Part shown: positions 21,954 to 35,455 of the stretch, piece after piece
How positions within the stretch are numbered: position 1 is the stretch's first letter
Layout of the letters: the number at the start of each line of letters is the position of its first letter
Assembly (NCBI RefSeq): GCF_963921235.1
Contig: NC_086098.1
Coordinates: 3,100,001 to 3,164,000, forward strand
Origin: Mobula hypostoma
Taxonomy: Eukaryota
Direction: 5' to 3'
Length of the DNA: 64,000 nucleotides
The notes under the pieces: generated by a model
The model's database searches: none
What the model saw: the letters and a program-made list of their open reading frames with translations, nothing else
Told to the model about the DNA's origin: nothing
Position numbers and translations under genes: made by a program

Positions 21954-24441
21954 CCATAAGACCAGAAGGTATAGGAGCAGAAGTAGGCCATTCAGCCCAT
22001 CGAGTCTGTTCTGCCATTCAGCCATGGGCTGATCCAATTATTCCAGTCATCCTCACTCCCCTGCCTTCTCCCCATACCCTTTGATGCCCTGACTAATCAA
22101 GAGCCTACCTATCTCTGCCTTAAATGCACCCAGTGACTTGGCCTCCACAGCCTCTCATGGCAACAAATTCCACAGATTTACCACCCTCTCACTAAAGTAA
22201 TTTCTCTGCATCTCAGTTTTAAATGGACATCCTTCAATTGTGAAGTCATGCCCTCTTGTCCTGGACTCCCCTACCATGGGAAATAACTTCGCCATATCTA
22301 ATCTGTTCAAGCCTTTAAACATTCGGAATGTCTCTATGAGGTCGCCTCTCATTCTCCTGAACTCCAGGTAATATAACCCAAGAACTGTCAGCTGTTCCTC
22401 ACATGGTAATTCTTTCATTCCTGGAATCATTGTCATGAATTTTCTCTGAACCCTTTCCAATGTCAGTATATCCTTCCTAAAAATAAGGAGATCAAAACTG
22501 CATACAATACTCCAAGCGTGGTCTCATGAGTGCCTTATAGAGCCTCAACATCACATCCCTGCTCTTATATTCTATACCTCTAGAAATGAATGCCAACATT
22601 GAATTTGCCTTCTTCACCACCAACTCAACCTGGAGGTTAACCTTTAGGGTATTCTGCGCAAGGACTCCCAAGTCCATTTGCACCTATGCATTTTGAATTC
22701 TGTAAGTAATAGTCTGCCCATTTATTTCTTCTACCAAAGTGCATGACTATACACTTTCCAACATTGTATTTCATTTACCACTTCTTTGCATTTCCCTAAA
22801 CTATCTAAGTCTTTCTGCAGGCTCTCTGTTTGCTCAACACTACCCGCTCTTCCACCTATCTTTGTATTATCGACAAAGCTAGCCACAAATCTATTAATCC
22901 CATAGTCCAAATCATTGACATACATCATAAGAAGCAGCGGTCCCAACACCGACCCCTGTGGAACTCCACTGGTAACCGGCAGCCAGCCAGAATAGGATCC
23001 CTTTATTCCCACTCTCTGTTCTCTGCTGATCAGTCAATCCATGCTAGTAACTCCCCTGTAATTCGATGGGATCTTATCTTGCTAAGCAGCCTCATGTGTG
23101 GTTGTATCAAAGGCCTTCTGAAAAACCAAGTACGCCACAACTACTACATCTCCTTTGTCTACCCTGCTTGCAATTCCCTCAAAAATTTGCAGTAGGTTAG
23201 CCAGGCAGGATTTTCCTTACAGGAAACCATGCTGGCTTTGGCCTATCTTGTCATATGCCTCCAGGTACTCTGTAATCTCATCCCTAACAACCGATTCCAA
23301 CAACTTCCCAACCACTGATGTCAGACAAACAGGTCTATAGTTTCGTTTCTGCTGCCTCCCACCATTCTTAAATAGCGGAGTAACATTTGCAATTTTCCAG
23401 TCATCCGGTACAATGCCAGAATCTATCGATTCTTGAGAGATTATTGCTAATGCCTCCGCAATCTCTCCAGCTATTTCCTTCAGAACCCAAGGGTGCATTC
23501 CCTCAGGTCCAGGAGGCATTCACCCTCAGACCATTAAGCTTCCTGAGCACCTTCTCAGTCATAATTTTCACTGTGTGTACTTCACTTCTCTGACACTGTG
23601 GAGACTGATACAAAATACACATTCAGTTCCTCTGCCATCTCGGCGTCTCTCATTACAACATCTCCAGCGTCATTTTCTATTGTCTTATATCTGCCCTCAA
23701 CTCCCTTTTACCCTCTATATACTTAAAAAAGCTTTCAGTATCTTCTTTGACAGTAGTCACCAGCTTCCTTTCATAATTCATCTTTTTCTTCGGAATGACC
23801 TTCTTAGTTTCCTTCTGCAAGTTTTTATAAGCTTCCCAATCCTCTATCTTCCCACTAGCTTTGGCCTCCTTGGATGCCCTCTCTTTTGCTTTTACTTTGG
23901 CCCTGACTTCACTTGTCAGCCAGAGTAGTGTCCTCCTTCCATTCAATAATTTTTATTATCTGAAATATATCTGTCTTGCACTTCCCTCATTTTTCACAGA
24001 AGCTCCAGCCTTTGTTGTTCTGCTGTCCTTCCTGCTAGTGTCTCTTTCTAATCAACCTTGGCCAGTTCATCTCTCATGCCATTGTAATTTTCTTTATTCC
24101 ACTGAAATACTGACACATTGGAATTTAGTTTCTCCTTCTCAAATTTCAAAGTGAACTCGAACATATTGTAATCACTGAGCCCTAAGGGTTCCTTAACCTT
24201 AAGCTCTCTTATCACCTCCGGATCATTCCACAACACCCAATCCAGCATAACCAATCCCCTAATGTGCTCAACACACTGTTCTAAAAAGCCATCCCTTAGA
24301 CATTATACAAATTCTCTCTCTTGAGGTCCAGTATTGGCCTGGTTTTCCCAATCCAGTTTCATGTTAAAATCCCCAATGATTACCATGACATTGCCCTTCT
24401 GACATGCCTTTTCTATCTCCTGCTGTGATTTGTAATCCACA
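21954..24441 (-). mobile_element. CR1 (end of APE through RT and tail), decayed
   Basis: PGPEGMHP, NYRPVCLTSVVGK, GVPQGSVLGP, RPRLEYCMQF. Confidence 0.93.
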
Positions 24442-25213
24442 TGACACAACACAGAATGATGATGATGTAATATGTATCTTGTTTTAACTTAGTTTTTTTT
24501 CAATGTATTGTACTGTACTGCTGTCACAAAACAACAAATTTCATGACATATGTCAGTGATAATAAAGCGGATTCTGATTTACATAGGGCACAGAATTCCA
24601 CACATCAATGAATTAGCTGATAGCATTAATTCCAGACCAACTACTAAATTGTCCTCATAAAAATGTTTTGGTAACAAGATAGATAGGAGTAGATTCTCTG
24701 AACCCTGTTCATTTAGCCTTAGTCTTTTGTCTGTTCAAATTTATGAATCCTGAACTGAATGAATTTTTTTGCCTTATTTCCAAATGCATCAAATCCATTC
24801 TACACCTTGGCTAACTTTTGCTATCAGTCTGTCGGTGTAATTAGTTGGATGTACTGTATTCCAGTTCTTATTTTGCACGTGACCCTCAGCGTCTCTCTGA
24901 GTCTGCGACTGAGGATTCAAGTAATGAAAATAAAGAAAGTAAATCAGCCTGAGGCTGACAGAACAATCATCAATATTCACTAAATTCAGAGTGCGTCCAT
25001 GGTGAAATATTGTTGTATATCACAATCTGTACGGAGAACCAGAGTCCAGCCTGTGAGCTGAACAATCATTGGACTTGGTATGTTGCTGCAAGGCTTAATT
25101 GATTCTCTCACATAACAAATGAGTATTTTTAATATTATTGACGTGTTATTTTCACAGTACTTTTCCCTTCTCCATTCTTGAGTGGGCTGACCTGAAATTA
25201 TTTATTTTCATTT

Positions 25214-26200
25214 ATACCAGCTCCGCCATGGATGATCCCAAATCCGGGTGTGAAAGGAGGAGTATTTGGTATGGGTCTAGTTACCCCATCCCCTAAAAAC
25301 CCAGAGTGACAGAAACACCCAACAGAAGCTCCAAAGCGAGAGGAAGGCCCTTTGCCTGGAAGATGTAGAAAGTCATGTAGTGAAAGCGGAAGCCACAGGA
25401 CTGATCAAACTCCAGCCCAGGATAGAGGACTTAGGACTTGTGTGAGAATCCCAAAAGGTTAAGTTACAGGTTGAGTCTGTGGTAAAGAAGGCAAATGCAA
25501 TGTTGGCATTTATTTCACGGGGAACAGAATATAAAAGCAAAGGGATAAAGCTGAGGCTTTTTAAGACACTAGTCAGGCCACAGTTGGAGTATTGTCAACC
25601 ATTTTGGGGCCCGTGTCTCAGAGAAGATGTGTTGTCATTTGAGAGAGTCCAGAGGAGGTTCACAAGGATGATTCCAGGAATGAAGGGGTTAACATATGAG
25701 GAGCGTGTGGCAGCTTTGGGCCTGTACTGACTGGAATTTAGAAGAATTGCTGGGGGATCTCATTGAAACCTACTGAATATTGAAAGGACTAGATAGGGTG
25801 GATGTGGAGTGCATGTTTCCTATGGTGGGGGTATCCAAAACTAGAGGGCACAGCCCCAAAATTAAGGGCAACCTTTTAGAACAGAGGTAAGGAGGAATTT
25901 TTTTTAGCCAGAGGGTAGTGAATCTGTGGAATGCTGTGCCACAAACTGTGGTGGATGCCAAGTCCATGGGCATATTAAAAGAGGGAGTTGGTCGTTTCCT
26001 GACTGGTCAGGGCATCAAAGGATATGGCGACAAGGCAGGTGTATGAGGTTGAGTGGGATCGGGCATCAGCCATGATGGAACGGCGAAGCAGACTCGACGG
26101 GCTGAATGGCCTCATTCTGCTCCTGTGTCTAATGGTCTTATGAACTCAGGTGAACTGCTGTCAGTGGTCTATGCCCCAGCTGGGGTGATGGGCTTGAGAA
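25214..26200 (+). mobile_element. Family B RTE-like element split by a CR1 3' fragment (about 25430-26142)
   Basis: 5' part matches the reverse complement of 9760-9850; 3' end at 26150-26200 matches 9612-9660; CR1 ORF 25479-25730 lies between. Confidence 0.65.
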
Positions 26201-26779
26201 GGAACCTCAGTACTTACTGAGAAGGTCCATCCAGTAGTTTTTACACTGCACGGGATAGTGCAGTGTGTGAGTCACAATGCTGTCTGCTGAGGAACATTCA
26301 CACTGTGAAAGATGAGTCACTCTGCGGTCTATCAAGTGAATACTGTAACACCTGGGTCATTGTGCAGTTTAGAGAGCACACTTCACAGCACAGCAGACAT
26401 GTTACTCTGTGCACTGCTGTACATTGAGAACTTTCTCTGATGTTTGTGAGTTTCAGTTTTAGTTGGTGTTAAGCATAGTTGTAGAGTACTACAGCACAGA
26501 AACAGACCCTTTGGCCCATCTACTGCATGCCAAACCATTATTCTGCCTAGCCCCATTGGTTTATCTCCGGACCAAAGCCCTCCACAAACCTCCTATCCAT
26601 GTACCTATCCAAATTTCTCTTAAATGTTGAAATCAACACTGCACCCACCACTTCCACTGGCAGCTCTTTCCACTCGCTCTCTCAGCAGCCTCTGCGGGTG
26701 GGGTCTGTGTATGTGTATGGGTGGATGACAGGGAGGCTGTTCTGGGGCAGCCTGCAAGCGTCACCACACCTTCCAGTGC

Positions 26780-28480
26780 CAGCACAGCATGTCCACAATC
26801 TTAGAACTACATCCGCCGTCAAGGAGGTGGCAGTTAAATGTGTGGCTGAAGAATTGGAGCAGGGCGAAGGGATTCAGATTTCTCGATAATTGGGACCTCT
26901 TCTGGGGCAGGTGGGGCCAGTTCGAAATGGACAGGTTGCACTTGAATCTGAGAGGGACCAATATTCTTGCAGGCAGGTTGACAGGAGCTGTCGGGAGTAG
27001 TCTAAACTAATATGGCAGGGGGATGGGAGCCAGTATTGCAGAGCTGAGGATGAGCCAGCAGGTTTATAAGTAGATGATGTGTGTAATGTGAATGTAAGGA
27101 AGGACAAGCCAATGATTGGGTACAAATGCAGACAGAGCAAAGAGTTAAACTGTACCACAGAGACAAAATTTAAAAGGGTGAAGAATGCAGGACTGCAGGT
27201 GCTGTATTTAAAGCTACGTAGCTTTCAGAATAACGTGGATGAACTTGTGGCACAATTAGAGATTGGTTGGTATGAGGTTGTGGGCATCACTGAGTCGTGG
27301 CTGAAAGAAGGACATAGGAGTTTAACATCAAAGGATATACTCTGTATCGAAAGGACAGGCAGGAAGGCATAGGCTGTGGTGTGGCTCTGTTGGTAGGAGA
27401 TAGAATTACATCCGTAGAAGGAGGTGACATAGGGTCAGAGAATGTTGAATCTTTGTTGGTGAAGTTAAGAAACTGCGAGGGTAAAAAAAAACTATTATAG
27501 GAATCATATATACACACCTCCAGATAGGAGCCAAGATATGGGGTTGAAATTGCAAAGGGAGCTGGAAAAGGCATCTAATAAGGGTAATGACACAATTGTA
27601 ATGGGGGATTTCAATATGCAAGGGGATTGGGAAGTCAGGTTGGTGTCAGATTTCAAGAGAGGGAATTTGTTGAATGCCTATGAGTCAACTTTTTAGACCC
27701 ATTTGTGCTTGAGCCTACTTGGGGAAAGCTTATTTTAGATTGGGTGTTGTGTAACAGCCCAGATTATTAGGGAGCTTCATGTAAAAGGGACCTTTAGGAA
27801 GCAGTGATAATAATATGATTGAATTCATACTGCAATTTGAGAGAGAGAGAAGCATGTCACATGTATCAGTATCACAATGGAATAAAGGGAATTATACAGG
27901 CATGTGAGAGGAGCTTGCCCAGGTGGATTGGAGGAGGATACTGGCAGGGATGACAGCAGAGCAGAGATGGCTGAAGTTTCTGGGAATAGTTCACAGGATG
28001 CAGGATAGATATGTCCCACAGAGGAAGAAGTTCTCAAATGGCAGGGGTAGACAACCATGGCTGACAAGAAAAGTTAAGGACTGCACAAAAGCCAAGGAAA
28101 GGGCATATAACGTAGCAAAAGCTGGTAGATTTGGAAGCTTTTAAAATCCAACAAAAGGCAACTAAAAAAGTTATAAGAAGGGAAAAGATGAAGTATGAGG
28201 GCAGACCAGCCAATAATATAAAGCAGGATACCAAAAGCTTTTTCAGTTATATAAAGAGTAAAAGGGAGGTGAGAGTTGATATTGGACCACTGGAAAATGA
28301 TGCTGGTGAGGTAGTAATGGGAGACAAAGAAATGGCAGATGAACTTAATGGGTACTTTGCATCAGTCTTCATTGTAGAAGACACCAGCAACATTGCAGAG
28401 GTCCATCAGTGTTCGGGAGCAGAAGTGAGTGCCATTGCTATTACAAAGGAAAAAAATGCTAGACAAACTCAAAGGCCTTA
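26780..28480 (+). mobile_element. CR1 5'-internal fragment (esterase end, APE, linker)
   Basis: LNVWLKNW..GFRFLDNW..DRLHLN; VGITESWL; KSFFSYIKSKR..NGYFASVF. Confidence 0.9.
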
Positions 28481-28481
28481 A

Positions 28482-28952
28482 ACAAGGGAAAATCTTCAGA
28501 TGCTGGAAATCCAAGCAACACACACAAAATCCTGGAGGAACTCAGCAGGCCAGGCAGCATCTATGGATAAAAGTACGGCTGACATTTAGGGTGAAACCAT
28601 TCAGCAGGACTGGAGAAAAAAAATGAGGAGCAGATTTAAAAAGTGGCGGAGGGGAGAGAGAAACACAAGGTGACAGGTGAATCTGGGAGGGGAAGGGGCA
28701 GGGATATTATAGAGAGCTGGTAATTTGATTGGTGAAAGAGATAGAGTGCTGGAGAATGGGTAAGTCTCATAGGAGAGGACAGAAGGCAATGGAAGGAACA
28801 AAAGGGGGGAGGAGCACTAGAGGGATGTGATGGGCAAACAAGGAAATAAGGCGAGGGAGGGAAAAGAGAAGGGGGAATGGTAAAGGAGACGGGGGGGGGG
28901 CATTACCGGAAGTTCGAGAATTGATTTTCATGCCATCAGGTTGGAGGCTACC
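28482..28952 (-). mobile_element. Penelope 3' end/pLTR
   Basis: Same sequence family as 11106-11500. Confidence 0.85.
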
Positions 28953-29499
28953 TGGCTCTTAATTTAACATGGAAAACTTCACTCACCTCAACACTGAACT
29001 GATCACTGAAGACAACCAATGGACTCACTTCCAAGGCCTCTCATGATCTTAGTTTTATTTCTTTCTTTCTTTACTTGTTTTGTATTTGCACGGTTTAACA
29101 TCTTTTGCACATTGGGGGCTTGTCAGTCTTTGTGTGCAGTTTTTCATTGATTCAAGCGTGTTTCCTTGTTCTACTGCGAATGCCCGCAAGAAAATGAATC
29201 TCAGGGCAGTATATGGTGACGTATATGCACTTTGGTAATAAATTTACTTTGAACTTTAAAGCAGCAACAACAACAACAAAACAGGCCCTTGGACTCCCTC
29301 CCTCACCCACCCACCCACCCATGTCCACAGTCAGACTGTCATCTAACCCCCAAGGCATTGCATCTTGTTTACCCTTCACACAACATTTTGAAACTATAAT
29401 TAATTCTGAGATTCAACCCTGAATTTTAACATCTGCATTTACATTACGTTTGTCTCTGTACCTCCCACTGCAAATGAATACTTGATGTCCTTATCAATC

Positions 29500-30030
29500 A
29501 CTGGGAATTTGCAACAACACCTCCTCCTCACTGACCATCAACACAGGCGCCTGTGGAGCCCACTGCTCCACTCCCTATACGTGCCTGCCGTATGTCACTG
29601 TGTGCCTAAGCTCAGCTCCAAAGCCATTTTCAGATTTGCCGATGACACCACTGTAGTTGGATGAATCACAGATGGTTGTGAGTCAGCTTCCCAGAGTGAG
29701 ACAGGTCACCTGGCTGACTGGTATCACATCAGCTACCTTTTGTTCAACGTCCGCAGAACTGTTGACTTCAGAAAGGGGAGGGAGGGCAAACATACAGCAG
29801 TTTGCATTGGAAGTTCAATGGAGAGAGCTGGAAGCTTTAAATTCCTGTGAATTAACATATAGGTTGACATTTTGAGCCCAGCATGTAGATGCACTCACAA
29901 GGAAAATGTGGCAACATCTTCACTATTTTTAGGAGATTAAGGGGGTTTGTCTGGTCCCCAAACACACCAACAATTGTCTGCAACACTGTACTGTTGGAAG
30001 TATCCTGACTGATTGCATCATCGACTGTTT
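29500..30030 (+). mobile_element. Old Rex1/Babar RT fragment
   Basis: SPLLHSLY..IFRFADDTTVVG. Confidence 0.7.
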
Positions 30031-30299
30031 ACTGCCATCATTGGGTATGTGTACATCAGCTAAACAACTGATGAAAAATCCACCTGGGACGGAAGCTTCC
30101 TTTCAGGGTTTTTACTGAGAAGATTTTTAGCTCACTGCATAGCTGTGTCCACACGTACAGTGAGGACAGTAGAGTGAAAAGATGTTGACATTTCAAGGGC
30201 AAATGAAGAGTGGATGGAGATGAATGCCCTTCTGCTCTCTGCTTTAAATCAGAAATTAAAAAACTACCCGTGCAGGAAGTGGTATTCATAAAAACAGTT

Positions 30300-33200
30300 C
30301 AGAAACAGAAACAAAGAAAGCACAATACAAGTCTTCCGCTGCAATGATGTGCTGAACATGTACTTACTTCAGAAATTACCTAGGGTTGCCGTTAGACTTC
30401 TATTTTTCTAAGCTCCATGTACCTGTCCAGGAGTCTCTTAAAAGACCCTATCATATTCGCCTCCACCACCGTCGCCGGCAGCCCATTCCACACACTCACC
30501 ACTCTCTGCGTAAAAAAAATTTACCCCTGACATCTCCTCTGCACCTTTTTCCAAGCACCTTAAAACTGTGCCCTCTCGTTTCAGCCCTGGGAAAAGCCTC
30601 TGACTATCCACACGATCAATGCCTCTCATCATCTTATACACCTCTATCAGGCCACCTCTCATCCTCCGTCGCTCCAAGGAGAAAAGGCCGAGTTCACTCA
30701 ACCTATTCTCATAAGGCATGCTCCCCAATCCAGGCAACATCCTTGTAAATCTCTTCTGCACCCTTTTTATGGTTTCCACATCCTTCCTGTAGTGAAGTGA
30801 CAAGAACTGAGCATGATACTCCAAGTGGGGTCTGACCAGGATCCTAAATAGCTGCAACATCACCTCTCGGCTCCTAAATTCAATTCCATGGTTGATGAAG
30901 GCCAATGCACCGTATGCCTTCTTAACCTCAGAGTCAACCTGCGCAGCTGCTTTGAGTGTTCTATGGACTCAGACCCCAAGATCCCTCTGATCCTTCACAC
31001 TGCCAAGAGTCTTACCATTAGTACTATATTCTGCAATCATATTTGACCTACTAAAATGAACCACCTCACACGTACCTGAGTTGAACTCCATCTGCCACCT
31101 CTCAGCCCAGTTTGCATCTTATTGATGTCCTGCTGTAACCTCTGACAGCACTCCACACTATCCACAACACTCCCAACCTTTGTGTCATCAGCACATTTAC
31201 TAACCCATCCCTCCACTTCCTCATCCAGGTCATTTATAAAATCATGAAGAGAAGGGGTCCCAGAACAGATCCCTGAGGCACACCACTGGTCACCGACCTC
31301 CATGCAGAATATAACACCTCTACAACCACACTTTTCCTTCTGTGGGCAAGCCAGTTCTGGATCTACAAATCCATGTCCCCTTGGATCCCATGCCTCCTTC
31401 CTTTCTCAATAAGCCTTGTATGGGGTACCTTATCAAATGCTTTGCTGAAATCCATATACACTACATCTACTGCTCTACCTTCATCAATATGTTTAGTCAC
31501 ATCCTCAAAAAATTCAATCAGGCTTGTAAGGCACGACCTGCCTTTGACAAAGCCATGCTGGCTATTCCTAATCATATTATGCCTCTCCAAATGTTCATAA
31601 ATCCTGCCTCTCAGGATCTTCTCCATTAACTTACCAAACACTGAAGTAAGACTCACTGGTCTATAATTTCCTGGGCCATCACTACTCCCTTTCTTGAACA
31701 AGGGAATAACATCTGCAACCTTCCAATCCTCCGGAACCTCTCCCGTCCCCATTGATGTTGCAAAGATCATCGCCAGAGGCTCAGCAATCTTCTCTCTTGC
31801 CTCCCACAGTAGCCTGGGGTACATCTCATCCGGTCCTGGAGACTTATCCAATTTAATGCTTTCCAAAAGCTCCATCACATCCTCTTTCTTAATGTCTATA
31901 TGTTTGAGCTTTTCAATCCACTGTAAGTCATCCCTACAACCGCCAAGACCCTGTTCCGTAGTGAATACTGAAGCAAAGTATTCATTAAGTACCTCAGCTA
32001 TCTCCTCTGGTTGCATATACACTTTTCCACTCTCGTACTTGATTGATCCTATTCTCTCATATCTTGTCCTCTTGCTCTTCACATACTTGTAGAATGCCTT
32101 GGGGTTTTCTTTAATCCTGCTCGCCAAGGCCTTCTCATGGCCCCTTCTGGCTCTCCTAATTTCATTCTTAAACTCCTTTCTGCTAGTCTTATAATCTTCT
32201 AGATCTCTGTCATTACCTAATTTTTTTGAACCTTTGGTAAGCTTTTCTCTTCTTCTTGACTAGATTTTCAACAGCTTTTGTACACCACGGTTCCTGTATC
32301 CTCCCATCCTTTCCCTGAGTCATTGAAACGTACCTATGCAGAACGCCACACAAATTTCCTCTGAACACTTACCACATTTCTGCCTTGTATTTCCCTGAGA
32401 ACACCTGTTCTCAATTTATGCTTCCAAGTTCCTGCCTGATAGCTTCATAATTCCCCTTACTCCAATTAAATGCTTTCCTAACTTGTCTGTTCCTATCCCT
32501 CTCCAATGCTATGGTAAAGGAGTTAGAACTATGATCACTGTCTCCAAAATGCTCTCCCACTGAGAGACCCAACACCTGACCAGGTTCACTTCCCAATACC
32601 AAATCAAGTACAGCCTCTCCTCTTGCAGGCTGATCTACATATTATGTCAGGAAACCTTCCTGAACACACCTAACAAACTCCACCCCATCTAAACCCCTCA
32701 ATCTAGGGACATGCCAATCAATATTTGGAAAATTAAAATCTCCCACCACTACAACCCTATTATTATTACACCTTTCCAGAATCTGTCTCCCTATCTGCTC
32801 CTTGATATCCCTATTACTATCGGGAAGTCTATAAAAAATGCCCAGTAGAGTTATTGATCCCTTCCTGTTCCTAACTTCCACCCACAGAGACTCCGTAGAC
32901 AATCCCTCCATAACTTCTTCCTTTTCTGCAGCCGTGACACAATCTCTGATCAACAGTGCCACACCCCCACCTCTTTTGCCTCCCTCCCTGTCCTTTCTGA
33001 AACATCTAAAACCTGGCACTCGAAGTAACCATTCCTGCTCATGAACCATCCAAGTCTCTGTAATGGCCACAATCATAGCTCCAAGTACTGATCTATGCTC
33101 TAAGCTCATCCGCTTTGTTCATGATACTCCTTGCATTAAAATAGACTCATCTCAAATCATCGGACTGAGCACGTCCCTTTTCTATCACCTGCCTATCCTC

Positions 33201-35455
33201 CCACTCACAATGTCTCCAAGCTTTCTCTATTTGCGAGCCAACCACCTTTTCCTCCATCTCTTCAGTTTGGTTCCCACTACCCCAGCAATTCTAGTTTAAA
33301 GTCTCCCCAATAGCCTTAGCAAACCTCCCTGTCAGGATACTGGTCCCCCTGCGATTCAAGTGCAATCCATCCTTTTTGTACAGGTCACACCTGCCCTAAA
33401 AGAGTCCCAATGATCGGGAAATCTGAATCCCTGCCCCCTGCTTCAGTCCCTCAGCCACGCATTTATCCTCCACCTCATTCTATTCCTATACTCACTGTCA
33501 TGTGGCACAGGCAGTAATCCAGAGATTACTACCTTTGAGGTCCTGCTTCTCAACTTCCTTCCTAACTCCCTGTAGTCTGTTTTCAGGACCTCGTCCCTTT
33601 TCCTACCTATGTCGTTGATATCAATATGTACCACGACCTCTGGCTGTTCACCTTCCCACTTCAAGATATCGTTAATGTGATCAGAATCATCCCGGACCCT
33701 GGCACCTGGAAGGGAAACTAACATCCGCGTTTCTTTTCTGCGTCCACAGAATCGCCTGTCTGACCCCCTAACTATACACTGTATAAATATACACTGTACA
33801 CCCATGATTGTGTAGCCAAGTTTCCACTGAACTCAATATATCAGTTTGCTGATGAGACCACAATTGTAGGCCATATCTCGGGTAATGATGAGTTTGAGTA
33901 CAGAGAGGAAATTAAGAATCTGGTGGCATGGTGCGAAGACAATAACCTATCCCTCAACGTTAGCAAGACGAAGGAATTGGTTGTTGACTTCAGAAGGAGT
34001 AGTGGACCGCACGACCCAATTTACATCGGTGATGCCCAAGTGGAACAGGTCTAAAGCTTTAAGTTCCTCGGAGTCAATATCACAAATGACCTGGCTTGGT
34101 CCAACCAAGCAGAGTCCACTGCCAAGAAGGCCCACCAGCGCCTTTACTTCCCGAGAAAGCTAAAGAAATTTGGCCTGTCCCCTAAAACTCTCACTAATTT
34201 TTATAGATGCACCGTAGAAAGCATTCTTCTAGGGTGCATCACAATCTGGTATGGAAGTTGTCCTGTCCAAGACCGGAAGAAGCTGCAGAAGATCATGAAC
34301 ACAGCCCAGCACATCACACAAACCAATCTTCCGTCCTTGGACTCACTTTACACCACACGCTGTTGGAACAGTGCTGCCAGGATAATCAAGGACACGACCC
34401 ACCCAGCCAACACACTTTTCGTCCCTCTTCTCTCCTGGGAAGGCTCAGGAGCTTGAAGACTCGTACGGCCAGATTTGGGAACAGCTTCTTTCCAACTGTG
34501 ATAAGACTGCTGAACGGATCCTGACCCGGATCTGGGCTGTACCCTCCAAATATCCGGATCTGCCTCTCGTTTTTTTTGCACTACTTTACTTTCCCTTTTC
34601 TATTTTCTATTTATGACTAATAATTTAAATTTTTACTATTTTCTATCGAGTTCTACTCCAGGGAGCGTGAAGTGCAGAATCAAATATCGCTGTGATGATT
34701 GTACGTTTAGTATCAATTGTTTGGCGACGATAAAGTATAAAGTATAACTATAGCGTCTCCTATTACAGCTGCCTTCTTCCTTTCCCTACTCTTGTGAGCC
34801 ACAGGGCAAGACTGTGCCAGAGGCACGGCCACTGTTACTTCCCCCAGGCAGGCCAGCCCCCCTCAAACAGGAGTACTTATTGTTAAGGGGGCAGCCACAG
34901 GGGTACTCTCTAGTATCTGACTCTTGCCCTTCCCTCTCCTGACTGTTACTCACTTACCTGTCTCCCGAGGCCCCGGTGTGACTACTTGCCTGTAGCTCCT
35001 CTCTATCACCTCCTCACCTTCCCTAACCAGATGAAGGTCATCGAGCTGCATCTCCAGTTCCCTAACCTGGTCTCTAAGGAGCTGCAGCTCAATGCACCTG
35101 GTGCAGATGTGGCCGTCTGGGAGGCTGGGAGTCTCCTGGACTTCCCTCATGTGACATCCAGTGCAGAACATTGGCCTCACAGACATACTTCCTGTTTCTA
35201 TTCCTCACAGGTAACTTTCCTCGCCTCAAACCGTTATCGCCAAAGCCCTACCACTCTGCCTCAGATTACTCTGTCAATGACTGCTCTGCTAGGCAGTGTC
35301 TCCCTTTTATGCCTGAACCTTCCCTGCTATCTAACTCATGATTGGTGCTCCAGTTATAACCACTGGTAGGCCATGTACAATGGACTAGCGCTCTGGAAGC
35401 TCCTTTTTTAAATAACCACCGCCGACCTGCGGGAAATCCCTCTTGGTAAAGCTCT
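30300..35455 (-). mobile_element. Full-length CR1 (5' UTR; ORF1 Zn-finger/coiled-coil/esterase; ORF2 APE+RT; tail), decayed, split by a Rex1
   Basis: CTGC..HICTRC..LRDQVRELEMQL (34950-35186), esterase (33443-33770), APE (32642-33109), RT (31363-32127, 31037-31303), C-terminus (30438-30905). Confidence 0.93.
33777..34744 (+). mobile_element. 5'-truncated Rex1/Babar LINE
   Basis: FADETTIVG, WCEDNNLSLNVSKTKELVVDFR, IIKDTTHPA; (AAAGTAT) tail; 8-bp TSD TAACTATA at 33769-33776 and 34745-34752. Confidence 0.9.

Noticed and set aside
26236..26310. Possible V(D)J recombination signal (CACTGTG at 26301; AGTTTTTAC upstream)
   Set aside because: No nonamer at 12 or 23 bp from the heptamer, and no V/J coding segment nearby.
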